A DNA stretch of 63,412 nucleotides. It comes from Stylophora pistillata (taxonomy: Eukaryota). The stretch's first letter is position 1. Every line of letters begins with the position of its first letter. The stretch lies in the NCBI RefSeq assembly GCF_002571385.2, contig NW_019218144.1:104073-167484 (forward strand), in the 5' to 3' direction. Positions 38,467-53,400 of this stretch are shown here, piece after piece. Position numbers and translations under genes: made by a program. Below the pieces are notes generated by a model. That model searched no databases and was not told the DNA's origin. It was given only the letters and a program-made list of their open reading frames with translations.

Positions 38467-41400
38467 TAGTTTTTAATAATTCTTATTATGAAATGACAGT
38501 GAAGGAATTTCATTAGAGGAGATTGACTAAAAGCATCGTATGGAATAATTTTCATTTGGCTTTAATCAGATCATGGTGACCTTTGTGAGAGAAACCGTAT
38601 TATACTAATAAAATGAATTAACTATGTATTTCAAAATGTTTTTTTAGCTTGCAGAGCTCGGATTGATCTTGGTCTCCTACTGGATGGCAGTGGCAGTCGG
38701 TATAGATTCAGCCAAGTCATTTACCTCGCACGCCTGATCATCAGATATTTTGACATTTCTAGGATCTATACTCGCGTCGGTATCATTGCATATTCCAACA
38801 CTCCAATTCCGGTATCCAATTTCCGTACCTTCTCGCGCAAATATGATGTGATAACGGCGGTCAAAAAGATCGGCTTTCCTCGTGGATGGTCCTATACAGG
38901 ACGTGCGCTGCGCTTTGCTAAGAGATATCTGTACACTGGGTCTCGATCGTCTTCTCGTGCACGAGTCCTTCTTGTAGTCACGGGTAGTAGATCATCCGAT
39001 GGTGTCAGGCGGCCTGCCGAGATGCTCAGGCAAGCTGGGGTCGAGATATTTGCGGTTGGAATGGGTGGAAAAACCAGTATGACTTCGTTGTCTTCCATAG
39101 CGAATGACCGTCATCACGTGTTCACTGGTGTGAGATTGAGGATTACAGCCACCCTGCCCAAACTGGTGGCTAAGATATGTGCGGCTACTCCAAAACCGAC
39201 ACCAACAAGAAGTAAGTTAAACATTCGATAGTCGTTGATCTAAGTCATTTTCCTTTTTAATAGTTCTCTATATAAACAAACGGCAACTAAAATAAATCAA
39301 AGTTATGCAGAACTGGGGCCTTTTAAGACTGTACTATCTATTGGGGCATATGTGCGAGCTTTTAATCACTGAAAACGTTTGAAAATTCTGCACATTTTGT
39401 GAAGTTGTGGCTGCATCATGTTTTGTTAGCAGTTGTTGTGATGCTGACTTTGCTTATTTGCTTTGATTGCAGGACCTTCACCATATGTAACAAAAAAACC
39501 ATCACCAAAGATCGGTAAGTAATTTTGTAATCAGGTGATAGTTTCCTTCAGGTAATCTGAACATAGTGTCACACATTTTCCCTGCAATTCACTAAATGCT
39601 TAGATGTGTTCTGGACTTGGTCTTTGCCAATGTTTCGCGTTCATTTTTTTGTTTACTGTGAGCAACTATCCATTACACACTGACACCAAACTCCCTCTCC
39701 ACTGACCTTTTTATGTTTTCATCGCTTCGTCGTTTAGTGAGGAAAACTAATACGAGTTGTAAAAAAATATCACACTCTTTATCACTCCTACGTATACTAT
39801 TGGCTAAATAATCCGTTTACGTTTATTTCTATTGGCTAAATAATCCAATTACGTTTATCTCAACAGAACCACCCCCGGCTATGGGCGTGTACCCATTAAA
39901 TGGCATAGAACGTGGAAAAGACAAAGGCCCCTTTAAAAATCCGCCTGCAAGACTTGTCAATGTCGTCTCTAAGAACGGACCTGACGGGCTTCCGGCCGGT
40001 TCTTACCAACTACAAGGATTTGCCAATAGCTTTATTTACTTCCCAAATACTGGGCGGCTGGATACACACAACTCAATCACTATCCTTCTGTGGCTTTACC
40101 CAGAAAGCGCTGGACCGATATTTCATTACTATCCCAGGGGTATCGGTGTCAATCTCCGTATGATTAGCCGAAGGGTAATCCGTGCGGAATTTGTGACTCG
40201 CAACCGGAGAAAATCGTTCAGGATCTCTAGTAGAATACGTTCGCGAGTGTGGAACTACATTGCTGCTACTTACGATCAGAAAACTGGTTTAGCAACCTTG
40301 TGGTTGGATGCTGTTCCAATCACTCAACAAAACATTGGAAGAATACGACTGGCCACGAATTACCCAGCTATTTCAGGACGAAGGCCAGGCGACCCTAGGC
40401 ATTTCCGAGGTCGCATCTCGTGTCTTCATATTTACAATCTTGCACTAAACTCTTATCAGATAAGGAAGCTCAAAAGATTTTGCTTCCGCGCAAGTAAGTT
40501 GATATATTTTATCTGACATCACTAGTGTATGTGATTCGCGTCATGAAGTCCTCCAAATTACTTCAATTCCATTTCAATTCGCGCTGGAAATATTTTTTCG
40601 TGCATTTTTCATATCTTCATCTTCACTTATGCCTGGTGAATACTTTCTCATCCAAGTTTGCTGCTCACAGTTTAAATGTTGTGAGGTAGATAGATGACTT
40701 TAGACACAGATTTTTCAAGGCTGTATAAAGCATGCGCACTTCCACTGACTTTCCTCAAGTCTGTGTACCTTAAACAAATTTCCATTTATTCATCCTTCTA
40801 GGACCTGTGACACCGAAACCAACACCAGGTACGTTCAAAAAACTGTTACAAAAACATATCACGTATTCTTAGCGCATTGTATTTCAAGGGTAAAAGTTAC
40901 CGCCCAGGGAGTCACACTTGCAATCTAGGCTTTGAACTTTTCGTTTCCGTTTAGCTGAGAAGGTTTCAATAACTTTAAAACCGAAATCATAATTCGGAAT
41001 GAGTGGGACATTATAGTTTGCAGTGGGACGCAATCACCCAGCGCCATTTGCGATTTTTGCCTCAAAACGTTACGCAGTTAGAATATCGTGCTTGCAGCTT
41101 TTGAGCGTCAGCTGGTATGCGCCGGATTTTGTTCGCCTGATTTCTCACAAATATAAATCCTATCTCCAAGTGGCAAAATTGTATTTGGTACGTCCACTTA
41201 CTATTTTACACTGATTTTAATTCAGGTCTTCCCCGAATTGTTGCCATCTACCCTCTCGATGAACAATATCAGGGACGTGACGTCAGCGGAAACCGAAACC
41301 CTAGTGGTACCTTTGTTGGCGTGAGAACAGGACCAGGTCCCGACGGATGGCCGAACACTGCAACCGAATTCTTCGGGAATCGGAACAGCTACGTGGAGTT

Positions 41401-44400
41401 CCCGAATACTGGCAAGCTAGACGCAAAGAATTCCATAACCGTGTTGGCCTGGGTCTTGCACATGGGTTATGCGGGTCCGATTTTTAACTACAACCGTGGC
41501 CCGGGATGGGGAGTACATTTATGGATGACAAAACCACGACAGTTCTTTGCCCGGTTTGTCCGGCGGGATGGTCGCCCCACCACACCGCTTGTTACCCATG
41601 GAAACAACGTGCGATACAAAGCGTGGAATTTCGTTGGTGCATCTTTCGATGGAAACACAGGGATGGCGACACTGTGGGTGAAAAATCGACCAGTTGTTCG
41701 GTCCAATATCGGGAAAGTTCGTCTGGCGACAAACCGCCCCGTGCGTATGGGTGCAAAGATTGGCGATCGTCGGTACCTCCGTGGCAGAGTATCGTGTGTT
41801 CAGGTTTACAGCGTGGCACTTAACCGAAAGCAAGTCATAAATGCTGCAAAGAGATGTTTCAAACGTAAGCCTGGTCCAAATTTTGTCAAACTGTACAGAC
41901 CTATACTTTTAAAAGTTTTTAAGGCACCAACTTATGTGGCAAACTCAAGAAGACATACATAAAAGTACAAAATCACACATGCGCTTACACTGGGAGAGAG
42001 CATATCTGGGCTGCGAAGTAGCTTAGAGTTCAACTGAATTGTACCTCAAGCACATTTTCCACCACATTGAGATGAACACTTCTTTTTGTGTGATAGTAAG
42101 AGAATAACTTGTTTACAGCAATTTGATGTTTCATTGCTAACATTGGTTACTTGATCAAAACATTCTATTTATTTTACAATCAACAGGACAACCACCACCA
42201 ACACCTCCACCTCCAGGTATGATTTATGAAAGTTATTCTTTTTATTTTTTTTACAACTTTTACAGTAATGACTATGAGCATGACGTTTGGTGTAAAGGCA
42301 AACGGAAAACTCTATTCTGAACGTATTTACTTAAACAACAATCCTAAATACAACTTTGTTTAAAATATTTTGATCACCTTCTTCACCTAGCACCAGTCCT
42401 TTCTTATGAATTTTTACCTAATCCCTGCCAGTCTTTACATTTTCTTCCACGGTTGACGAAGGAGTCTTTGCCCCTACTTATAACCATCTACATGACTCCT
42501 GACTGATTCGAAGGCGGTTGCACATATATATACTTTTTTAATTTTAAGATTTCAACATAGTTCCTTTCGAAATGCTGTGACTCCTTTTCTCTAGGCATTG
42601 TTAGACAATTGAGCTCGGTAATTGTTGCGACTAAACTTCGTTCGCGGAAGTTTTCCTCTCAAGTTTCATCCCTGACTGGTATCTTTGATGTAATTGCTTG
42701 TTACACAACATAGGATTCTTCATCCAGTATCATCAATGACTGTAATAATTGTGATTATAACTCCTTCCTTAAGCTCTCGTGGAACGTTGGGTAGAAGCTC
42801 CAGTAGAACCAAAGCATACATGTTAGACAGCCTTGTCTAAGTGGGTGGGTACCTGTGACGGTTGCTGGATCCGTCAGCTTCCAAAATGGTTTGGCCCAAG
42901 GGTAGACTGACCTATTTTACTTACCATTCACGCGTTACTTTGCCCTTTCAGTCTGTAGAACGGTTGTAGACCTTGGTTTCTTAATTGATGGCTCTGGAAG
43001 TATCGAATATCATGGTCGAGGGAACTTTAGGCTGATGCTTCGCTTCGTAAAATCCGTTGTGGTCACGCTTCCCATTTCGAGAACTCAGTCACGTGTGGGT
43101 GCAGTGCTCTTCTCCACGAATCCAATACCGTTGTTCAGATTTGGTCAGCTGAACACCATCACGCATGTACAACAGGCTATTGACAGCATCAGATACCCTC
43201 GTGGCAAGACGTACATCGGCAAGGCCTTGGCCTACGCCAGAAGATTCTTATTTAGTGGACGTAGGAATCGGAATCGCAAGCGCGTCTTGATTATGCTCAC
43301 GGATGGCATATCACAGGACCGTGTTGGGCGTCAGGCGTTGCTTCTGAAGGCAAAAGGCGTTGAGGTTTTTGTTGTTGGTATCGGAAGAGCACTTAGGAAA
43401 CGGCAACTGCTGCAGATTGCCACAGACAGGAACCATGTTTCTGTTGTATCCTTCAGAGGACTGGCTGGTTTGTCAAGGATGATAAGGTCCAAAATCTGTC
43501 AGCTTATCCAACCTACAGGTTAGTGCATGAATGTCCTTGTGATGTGCCACCGGGATAGGGAACAAAGATAAATACAGAAAGTGAATGGGAATTCCTTGCG
43601 AGAAGTAAAGAAAATAGAAGACATGTACGCGGAGGCTAAAGAAGAAATGTGACTTTGTAAAAACCCTTGCTGCCTAGGGAAAGAAAGACTCGTGCACGTT
43701 TAGCTAAATAGCACCCAAGGGTTTGTATCGGGGCGAAGTATTCACTTTTTATACTTCTTTTTCAGGAGGGCCAAGCAAGCCTACACCGACAAGAAGTAAG
43801 TGTCACTTCGAACCAGCACTTCTTTTAATTGTTTCAGCCAGTAAAACGTTGTGTTACGGTTATTCTGATCTACCCAACAATTTCATCACTAAGATCGTGT
43901 CACAGGAAATGGGATACCATTGCCCAATGTTTTTCTTTCCTTTTTTTCTGAACTCAAACATTTTGCCTTCAAAAAATTATCTTGCAGTTTATATTCCGGA
44001 TTCCATAGTTGTGTACCCTTTGGATGGTCTGAGGCGGGGAAAAGACATCAGCCGAACCAAGAACCCCTCAGCCTCTCTAATGGGCGTAGGCACTGCTCCA
44101 GGTCCGGACGGCCGCCGTGATGGGTCCTTACGTTTCTATGGAAGACGAAACAGCTACGTCGAAATTCCCAATACAGGAAAGCTGGACACAAGATACTCAA
44201 TAACAATTCTTATCTGGGTGTACCACTCAGGGATATCAGGACCTATATTCAATTACAATCCACGAGGCTTCGGCGTGCACGTGTGGATGACAGGGCGACG
44301 CCAACTTTTCGCACGCTTTGTGCGACGCTCAGGGAAATTCACGTCACCGATTACAAGTGGAAGAATGAAATACAAGGCGTGGAATTACGTCGGTGCAAAG

Positions 44401-47400
44401 TACGATGGTAGAACAGGCGTGGCGACGCTTTACATCAACTCAGTACCAGTCGGAATAAGACGTTTAGGACGAATAAAGTTATCGACAAACTATCCTGTGA
44501 GACTTGGAGCACGGGAAGGAGACAGGCGCTATTTCCGTGGAAGACTCTTTTGCGCGCAGGTATACAGTGCTGCCCTCAGCCAGAAACAAATCTTCGCGGC
44601 CAAACAGAGATGCTTTTTGCCAGGTTTGTGCTATTTGTGTTCTATTTAAATGCTTTTGCAGAATTAATGGAAATGGCGATGGACTTCCTTCTCAAGACCT
44701 TTAGCTATCTGTGGAACTTTTAAATTAAGGGGAAGCCTGTTCCTTTTCGAGATTGTTCCTGCTTGTTAGAAGAGTACTTCATCCCCTGAGCTCTTTCTAA
44801 ATAATACGTAGAGAAGATTAAGATTTGCGCGCGTCTGGCTTTCGTTGATGACAATCTGAATCTGGTACACAGGTTTTAAGTTGTGGCAAAGTGCAGATGA
44901 AGTTTTACGATGATGAAAGTATTAACAAAAAGCTCTTCTCTTGCAGTTCCCTCTCCTACTCCTCCCCCTAGTCCTCGCCCAAAACCAGCTCCACGTGGTA
45001 AGCCTGTCATGATAGAATATATTCATCATACTTGTTTTAACAAAGGTCAACGTTTGAGAAACTTAAGGTCATTTGCAAGTGCTTTTCTTTAAGATGTTTC
45101 TTCCTTCTCTGTTAGTTTGCAGGCAGCGTATCGATCTCGGCTTCCTGGTGGATGCGTCTCGCGTCAGGTATAGCTCCCGTGTCATTTTGCGATTCCTCAA
45201 AGACACAGTCAGGTTATTTGAAGTTTCCAGGTTGAAAACTAGAGTTGGCATCGTGCAGTACACCTCTAGAGTTAGGCTCCTTTTGCGATTTGGAAGAAGT
45301 AACAATCCAAGTCAAATTAACAGACTGATCGATCAGATCCGACTCATCGGTCGCACTGCTAGATACCTTGGAAGAGCCCTGACTTACACAGCACGGTACT
45401 TGTTTAGAGGTAGACCACGCTGTGGGCGAAGAAGGGTTCTTGTTGTTCTGGCGACTGGAGAGTCCCGCGATGGGGTCACAAGGTCCGCAAGAGGATTATT
45501 TTCTTCGGGAGTGGAATTATACGCTGTTGGTATTGGAAGTGTGAGGAGACAATCGTTGCTTCGCATTGCCACCATCTCAAGTCACGTGTTTAGAGTTCGT
45601 GCCAGGCAGATGGTGTCGCTTAGTCGGATTATTAAAGATAAAATATGCAGTTCGACAGGTTAGTGGGATTCTGGTCGTCGTATAATTTTAGCCTTTTGAT
45701 CCCAACAAATCATGTAACTTAAAGGTTACTTCCTCGTTAATGCTTTTAGAATCGGTTTTGCGTGTTATATCTCGCCTTGTATATCCTGTCCCAATGCGTT
45801 TCGTCAACGGTCCTCAGATAGTAAAGCTCAAGAAGTAAGTGTGGCGGACAATGGCGGTCTAAAAATAAGGCAGCTACACAATAATGGCGTGACACACATG
45901 GCAAAAATCATTTCCCAAGTTCTCTCTCATGTGTACTACTTCTAGTAAAAGTCAGAGCTACTTACTTTTTTTATCGCGACGCACATCATCGTACGTAGTT
46001 TGATCTTTTACAGTCTGTGATGGAGACAAATTTATTTTTCAGGGGCAGAAAAATTCACAAAAAATTCGCTAAACTATTCGAAATAGGTTGTCGCTTCAAC
46101 TTGTTCCCATCCCGTGTCTCGTTGACCTGTCTCCCAGCGAGTTTTGGCTTTAATAACCACGGCTAAAAAAGTAGCGTTCACCGTACGGAAAACAAAAGTT
46201 GAATTCACGGAAAACGTGGCAATTTACTAACGTTTACCCGTGTTTTTCCAGCGTTAACGCTCTTCTTTATCTTCAGTTGTCACTTCCGGTGGCGCGGTCG
46301 GTTTCTATCCATTTACAAGCACCTCAGGCGGACGTGACGTCAGTAGGTTCAGGAATCCTTCAGCACAACTTGTTGGCGTTTCATTCATTCAAGGCCCAGA
46401 TGGACATCCACAAGGAGCTTTCTTTTTCCCAGGGGTGCGAAGACGTGGGGGAAGATCAAGAGGCAGTTATGCCCTGATCCCAAACAACGGATGTCTGGAC
46501 ACCCGTTACTCTATAACGATAATTGCATGGATTTACCCGGAGAAACCCGGTCCCATTGTGCACTACAATCCAAAGGGATGGGGTCTTCACTTGTGGCTCA
46601 CTCATCCAAACGAACTCTACTTCCGCTTAATGCCCAGGCGGGGCTCTCGGCGTAATGTTAAACCGCTGACCACCCAGAGCTTGAAGCCTTACAGATGGAA
46701 CTATATCAGTGCTACTTATGACCACCGCACAGGACTTGCAACGCTTTGGTTGAATGGGCTTCCTGTGTCTCAGAGGAATATCGGAAAGTTTTCTTTGGGT
46801 GTAGCCACAAACTACCCCATAGTCATTGGTCAGCGGCCTGGAGATCGTCGCGTGTTTCGTGGACGTATCGCGTGTTTGCAAATTTATAATGTGGCTATGA
46901 CGAGAGCACAGATCATCGCCAGGAGAAAGCAGTGCTTCAGACCAGGTGGGAATAGAAATAAACTGCGTTTAAAACTAGCATTTAATCAAACTAGATTGAA
47001 ATTGACATTTGAAGCGTTCTATACCGTGATGTCTCTAATTTATTAGTAGATTGCTTTTGTATAAGATATCGCTCAATTTTTGGACAAAAAAAACCTGGCC
47101 CCGGTTGTTCGAAGATTGGATAACGACGCTATCCAGTGGATAAATCCTTATCCAGTGAATAGTGCAGTGCGTTTTGGTATAACGTATCCGCTGGATAGCG
47201 TTATTTGCCCTTTTTACAACAGGGCGCTGGAGGGTGTGATTGTTGGTGAAAACGTAAATTCCGTCCGTCAACGTCTGCTATGCATAAGTTAAATAATGTA
47301 AAATATCTTGAGTGCCATAGCTCTCGTGGTCGAAACTGATTGGCCATCTTGTCCTTGATATAATTTGCTTGATAAGTAACCGTTTGGGTTGTAAAGGTGT

Positions 47401-50400
47401 TGACAAGTATTTGAGAGTTCTAATATAATGTTTCTTTAAACATTCTAGTGGTTGTACCCACCGCACCAACTCAGAAACCATCAACTCCTCGACCAGGTAC
47501 GTTTCACAGCTTTGTCGTTATTTTTCGAAATCAGAAAGGCCACAGAAGTAGCAAACCTTGAATTTAAGTTTTACTCGGCAATAATACGCGTCTTCTCTCC
47601 ATAATGGTTTTACTAGGGGAAAGCTTGGAGGCGCTAGCGGTTAGCTAACTTTTAAAGTTTTAAATGGTAATGGGATTTCAAACCCGAAAACTTCGGAAAA
47701 GAGGCAACAATTTCAATTTTACCAGTGGACAAGTGAAAGGAAAGGAAGGGGCTTCGAAAGTTTGCCGTGAAATTTAAGGGAATAGTGTTTCGACATGTTT
47801 GGGCAAAATATTATTTGGTTTAAGTTTGAGTATATTCAACAACTTTCTGTTTATAATCTTTTAGCAGCTTACACGTAGCGTATTTAAACCGGTGCGTGAA
47901 CTTAGAAAGATCAGGTTAATTGAAACAAATAGTACAAAAAAAGGCTATTTTCAGGCGCTTTTAAATGAACTTCTCCGCTCAAAACAGTGAGAAAGCTTTA
48001 ACGCAGTCTCTCTGGCATTTGCTGTTTTTACCTACTCTCCTGTATATTCTTGTTTTGTTCTTTAGTTTGTGCAGTACCTATTGATCTTGGCTTCCTCATT
48101 GACGGTTCCTCCAGTATAGAACGTTACGGCCGAGGGAACTTTGCCCGTATGTTAAACTTTATCAAGTCTTTTGTGAGCTTCTTTCCAATCTCTCGTCGAG
48201 ATACCCATGTTGGCGTAATCCTATACACTCGCCGGGCTATACCTATCTTCAGCTTCAATAAATACTACTCCAGGGCGACCATCTTGAAAGCTATTGAGAA
48301 CCTGAGGTATCCCCGAGGAGGCACCTACATCGGGAAGGCTTTGTCATTTGCCCGACGGTACCTTTACCCAGGAAGATTTGCATCTAATAGAAAGAGGGTG
48401 ACGATTGTGCTTACCGACGGCATCTCCCAGGACCGTGTAAGTGGACCGGCGCGCCGTCTGCGCGATGCAGGCTGCGAGATCTTCGTTCTTGGCATTGGAC
48501 GAGGGTACAGGATATCTCAGTTGCGGCAGATTGCCACTGATAATAATCACGTATTTACGGCGTCCTTTAGATCCCTCGGGACACTCATACAGAAGATTAA
48601 AACCAAAGCCTGCCAGAAGCCAGTACCTACTCCAAGTAAGCATTGCTGTTGTAAACATCAACATATTTTTATACTAGGTTTAATAATTTTAATTATTGAA
48701 CATAGTGTAAGAATATTGAACATAGTGTAAAAAAATTGAACATAGTGTATGTTCGATTCAATTTCTTAGTTTGCTTGCACACTTAAATTCAAGTTATTCC
48801 ATCTTTGAAATTGTCATAGAATATAGAAGATAAGGTGGCAAACTGTATTGTACTTATTTAAACAATATAATTTACTGTCTATCTTAACTGATATTCTTTT
48901 TCACTGCTTTTTTGCAGTACCAACAACCCAAAGAGGTAGGTCAGTTCTTGTTAGATTTCAATACCGTATATTAGCTGAAGTTATATTAAGAAATGTAAAT
49001 GAATTTAATTTTTTTTTTACTTTTTAAATTCGCTAGAAATTTCAATTCAATCTTTTCATGGTAAGATTTCGATTCGTTTACCTCTCTTTAACTACTCATG
49101 GAATCGATGTTTTAGACATGAGTTCGTTTTAACTTCAGTTCGACTCCCAAGTACCATGGCTGTTTACCCATTCGATCGTGCGCGAGCGGGTCGAGATATA
49201 AGTCGAGGCAGAAATCCAAGTGCACGAATCGTCGGTGTGAAATACGGACAAGGCCCGGACGGCCGAAGGGACGGCTCTACGGTGTTTGACGGAAGACCTA
49301 ACAGCTACGTGGAAATCCCCAACCGTGGGAAACTGGACGCGAGGTATTCCATAACCTTCTTAATCTGGGTGTACCATGACGGCCGCAAGGGACCAATTGT
49401 GAACTACAACCCGAATGGCTACGGCGTTCATCTATGGATGACAAACTATCGGCAGCTATTTCTTCGCTTTATGCACCGCAATGGACGCACAACTAGACCC
49501 CTAAGAACCAATCGGTTTAAGTACCGAGCTTGGAATTATGTTGGTGCCACTTACGACGAACGGTCTGGTATTGCTACGCTGTGGTTGAATTCTCATCCGG
49601 TAGCAAGACGGCGGTTGGGTAGAGTACGTCTCTCCACAAACTATCCTATTAGACTGGGAGCCATCAGGAGAAGTCGCAGTTATTTCAAAGGAAGAGTCTT
49701 CTGCTTACAGCTTTACAGCGTCGCTTTGACTAGGAAACAGATCTTTGAAGCCAAGAGCAAGTGCTTTTTGCCAGGTGAAGTTGCTCAACTAGATTCTGAA
49801 GTCTGTTGTACATGTAGGCTAGAGAATGTTTCAACTTGAACTACAGGCAGATAACTTTTCTGTTTCATTGTCCTTTAACTAACTCTTTGACAGTGTTGAC
49901 GGCCTTCCTCTTTAGCGTCTTTCTCCAATTGGTTTCTCTTCTCCTGATGTAAACACAACTGGAAAGTTATCACTTACCTAAAAATCTTCATGGTGACTTC
50001 CCATTTCGGAGATAGCAGTTTTTTTCTAAAATGATCGCCGTTTGGCGATATCGTTCACAAGAATGTGGGTCATTTGTAGGTACAAAGTTAGTAAGTACCC
50101 AGTTAGCCCAATGGATAGTGCGCTGGACTGTTGTGCGGGAGGTCGAGGGTTCGAGCCCCGGCCGGACCAACACTCAAGGTCTTAGATTAATTGAGAAGAA
50201 TTTGCTACCTTTCTATAACATCAAAAAATGGTTGGACATTCTACTCTTCTGCTGGGTTGGGGGTAGGAGACGTTAATTTCCCACGCACGAGATTACTGTG
50301 TGATGGACGGTCCTCCCCTGGGTTGGCATGGGTGGGTTTACTGGGTTCGCAGTAATTCGCGCAAGCTGTTGCGATGTCCCTGCCGGTCGGCGAAGCTAAT

Positions 50401-53400
50401 AAACCAAACGCGTACCAACGAATCATAATCACATGCAATTGTGTATCAATTTTTATTTAAAGTTCCTAAGCCAACTACGCCGGTCACCAAACCAACCACT
50501 CCGCCCCCGAGAGGTAAGTAAATGTGTTGTTTGTTCCTCTGTGTGTGTAGCCTTCTCGATTCTCACTTCCTTTTTGACCTGTGCATAGCCCCGTCAATCA
50601 AACTCATAACACAAACCTACTGTACACTATTTTAAAATACACTATTTTACAATTAATTCTCAAGTGAAGGCCAGAGACGTTGTAGTGGTGTTTACGTGTT
50701 TTTTTTAATTTTGTTTAGCAACTTGGTTTTACTGCGACACGACTTAATCTCTCTTTCTCTTCCTTTTTTTTTTTTCAATCTCTTTGCGGTCTTTATTACA
50801 ATCAGGAGCTACACAAACACCGCTTTAGACTCAGAATAACCGAGCAGCAGCTGCTTCTGAACCGCGCCTTGTGACCATGTTCGTGGCTAGGTTACAGAGT
50901 TGTTTTTAAAATGGTGCCGTCCATAAATCAGGCGCACATTTGAAGACTTTATGTTCAAATGGTCAACTTAATTTTTTTGAGTCTCAAAATGCGTTAGGTA
51001 ACAAATTGTTGCGGAGACGTTTTGATTATGGGGAGAAAAATCATACGATTCCAGGTTACCTCTCTTTTTGCGTTAAGAAGTCGCGCTTTGTGAAGGATAC
51101 CTTGTTAAGGAATCATGCTTTGGCAAGGATACCTCGTTCCTTTCAATGGTTTCCTTATTGTTCTTTTTCACTCAGTTGAATGAGCTGGCTTAAAAGTTGC
51201 TTCGCTGATTACTTGGTTTGTCACCAGATGTACTATAATTGCTTTAAACATCGTCAAAATGATTTTCCTCATATTTCTTTTTTATTTCAGTCTGCAGAGC
51301 CCGTATCGACCTTGGTTTTCTTATCGATGGCTCTCGTTAAACTGGATCCGTTACTTTTCAGCGCATCATCGAATACGTGAAGGAAACGGTCAGGCGATTT
51401 GATGTCCAGAGGTCACAAACAAGAATAGGCCTAACCCTTTTCGCTTCAAGCCAGCGGCTGGTGTTCGGCTTTGGTAGATCGCACAGTAGAGCGCAAGTAT
51501 ACCAAGAACTTAGAAGGTTGACGCTATTGCGTGGAAGACGAAGAAATACAGCGCGAGCCCTGATGTATGTTAAGAGATATCTGTTCCAAGGCAAACCCAC
51601 ATGCGGCAGGAGACGAGTGCTTATACTGGTAACTGCCGGTGAATCACGTGACAATGTGGTGCGTCCGGCAAGAATCTTGCATGCTGCCGGTGTCGAAGTG
51701 TACACGGTCGGCCTTGGTCGGGCTAGTGGGCGATACTTGAGGAAAATCGCCACAGACCGGTTCCACGTGTTTTCCACGAATGTCCGTAGTTTGTTGACTA
51801 TAGTGAGAACCATCAAGGACAAGATGTGTCATTCCCCAGGTAAGGCTAAAAAAAAATTTGGAGTTACAATTGATACCTTTTCTTCGAAGTATTCTATCCG
51901 CTAACTGACTAATTGACTGACTGACCGGCCAACCGATAGACAGACAGATAAACATCGAATGTCTTCAAACTTCAAATATATTGGAACAATTCAATTTATC
52001 GTATTCAGTTTAACTTGGCTATATTTTAACTTTGAAAACACGCCACTTTGCAAGAACAAGATAAAATAACTCAACAGAAATTAACCCAGAATATATTTAT
52101 TCATTTTATTTTTCTACTAGTCATCATTTCTAGAGGAGCTGTAGCCACGTATCCCTTCACAAGTGCAGTACGAGGCGGTGACATCAGTCAGTACAAGAAC
52201 CCTCCCGCACGACTTGTACGTGTTACCTACATCCAAGGACCTGACGGACACCCGAAGGGGGCTTACTACTTCCCAGGGAGAACTCGGATAAGGGGAAGAA
52301 CAAGAGTGAGCTATGCCGTTCTGCCGAACAATGGTTGTCTTGACACGCGGTACTCGCTGACGATGATACTCTGGGTGTATCCTGAATCTCCAGGACCTTT
52401 GATTCATTTCAACCCTAGGGGATGGGGAGTCCATCTGTGGGCAACCCGTCTCACTCAACTCTACTTCCGGCTTATGCCAAGGAGTAGGACTGGCCGTAGA
52501 GTGAAAGCTCTGATTGGTCGCGGGCTCAAACCAAGGACATGGAACTACGTTGCAGCAAGTTACAACCACCGCACCGGTTTGGCGACTTTGTGGTGTAACG
52601 GCTATCCGATTGTCCAGAGAAATGTTGGCAGGTTCCCAAGTGGATTGGCCACCAATTATCCCATAATGATCGGTCGAAAGCCTGGCTCTCGTCGCGTGTT
52701 TCGTGGACGAATCGCGTGTCTGCAACTGTTTAACGTGGCTCTCACGCGACCTCAGATCGTTGCCCTACAGAAGAAATGCTTCCGACAGGGTAAGTGTCAC
52801 CAGCTTTTCCGATATTAGTTATATTTTGAATTATCCCATTATTCTAACTTCTTTTCATACAAGTGTATTTCATTATTTTACTTACCAAACATTGAATTTC
52901 TCTTTCATTCTAGTTCCTAAACCCCCGCCCACTCCAAGTCCAGGTAGATGTCAAATATTTGTATTTTCTCAGAACTTCTCTATCGTGTAACTTTTTGAAC
53001 ACCTTTTTAAACTCTATACTAATTTACTCACTTAATGATTCATGGCTGTTAATGAACATCGCATTTCTGTTCATAATTATTCCAGCTAAGACCGTAATCA
53101 CTTTTACAAAATACGTGAATTTAGTATGTTAGTCCACTTTGGTGTTGTAACAAGAGATTTTAGTTTGTAGGGCGACTTCATTCCCCTTAAATTGCATGTT
53201 TCCTAAACATGTTACTTTATTCTTATTTCTCAAACACCATCAGGAGACTTTTAGGGGACAATTATTAAGGGACCAGTATCACCCCGGGGGGGGGGGGAAA
53301 GGTTGGTTAGATCACAGGGTTTTGAGACGGAACATATTGTCTCCGCTAACAAGGCATAAAGAGGAGGCCAGAGAAAATTGATTGCCATTTAACTGCCAAT

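Noticed and set aside
48696-48750. Three short direct repeats, superficially CRISPR-like
   Set aside because: Simple 21-bp tandem repeat in a eukaryotic intron; no spacers or cas genes.
50097-50170. Apparent tRNA gene
   Set aside because: Degenerate stems and continues into a SINE body.
52117-52725. 202-aa minus-strand ORF, and similar antisense ORFs over the VWA/LamG exons
   Set aside because: Shadows of GC-richer coding exons; no domain motifs or splice support.
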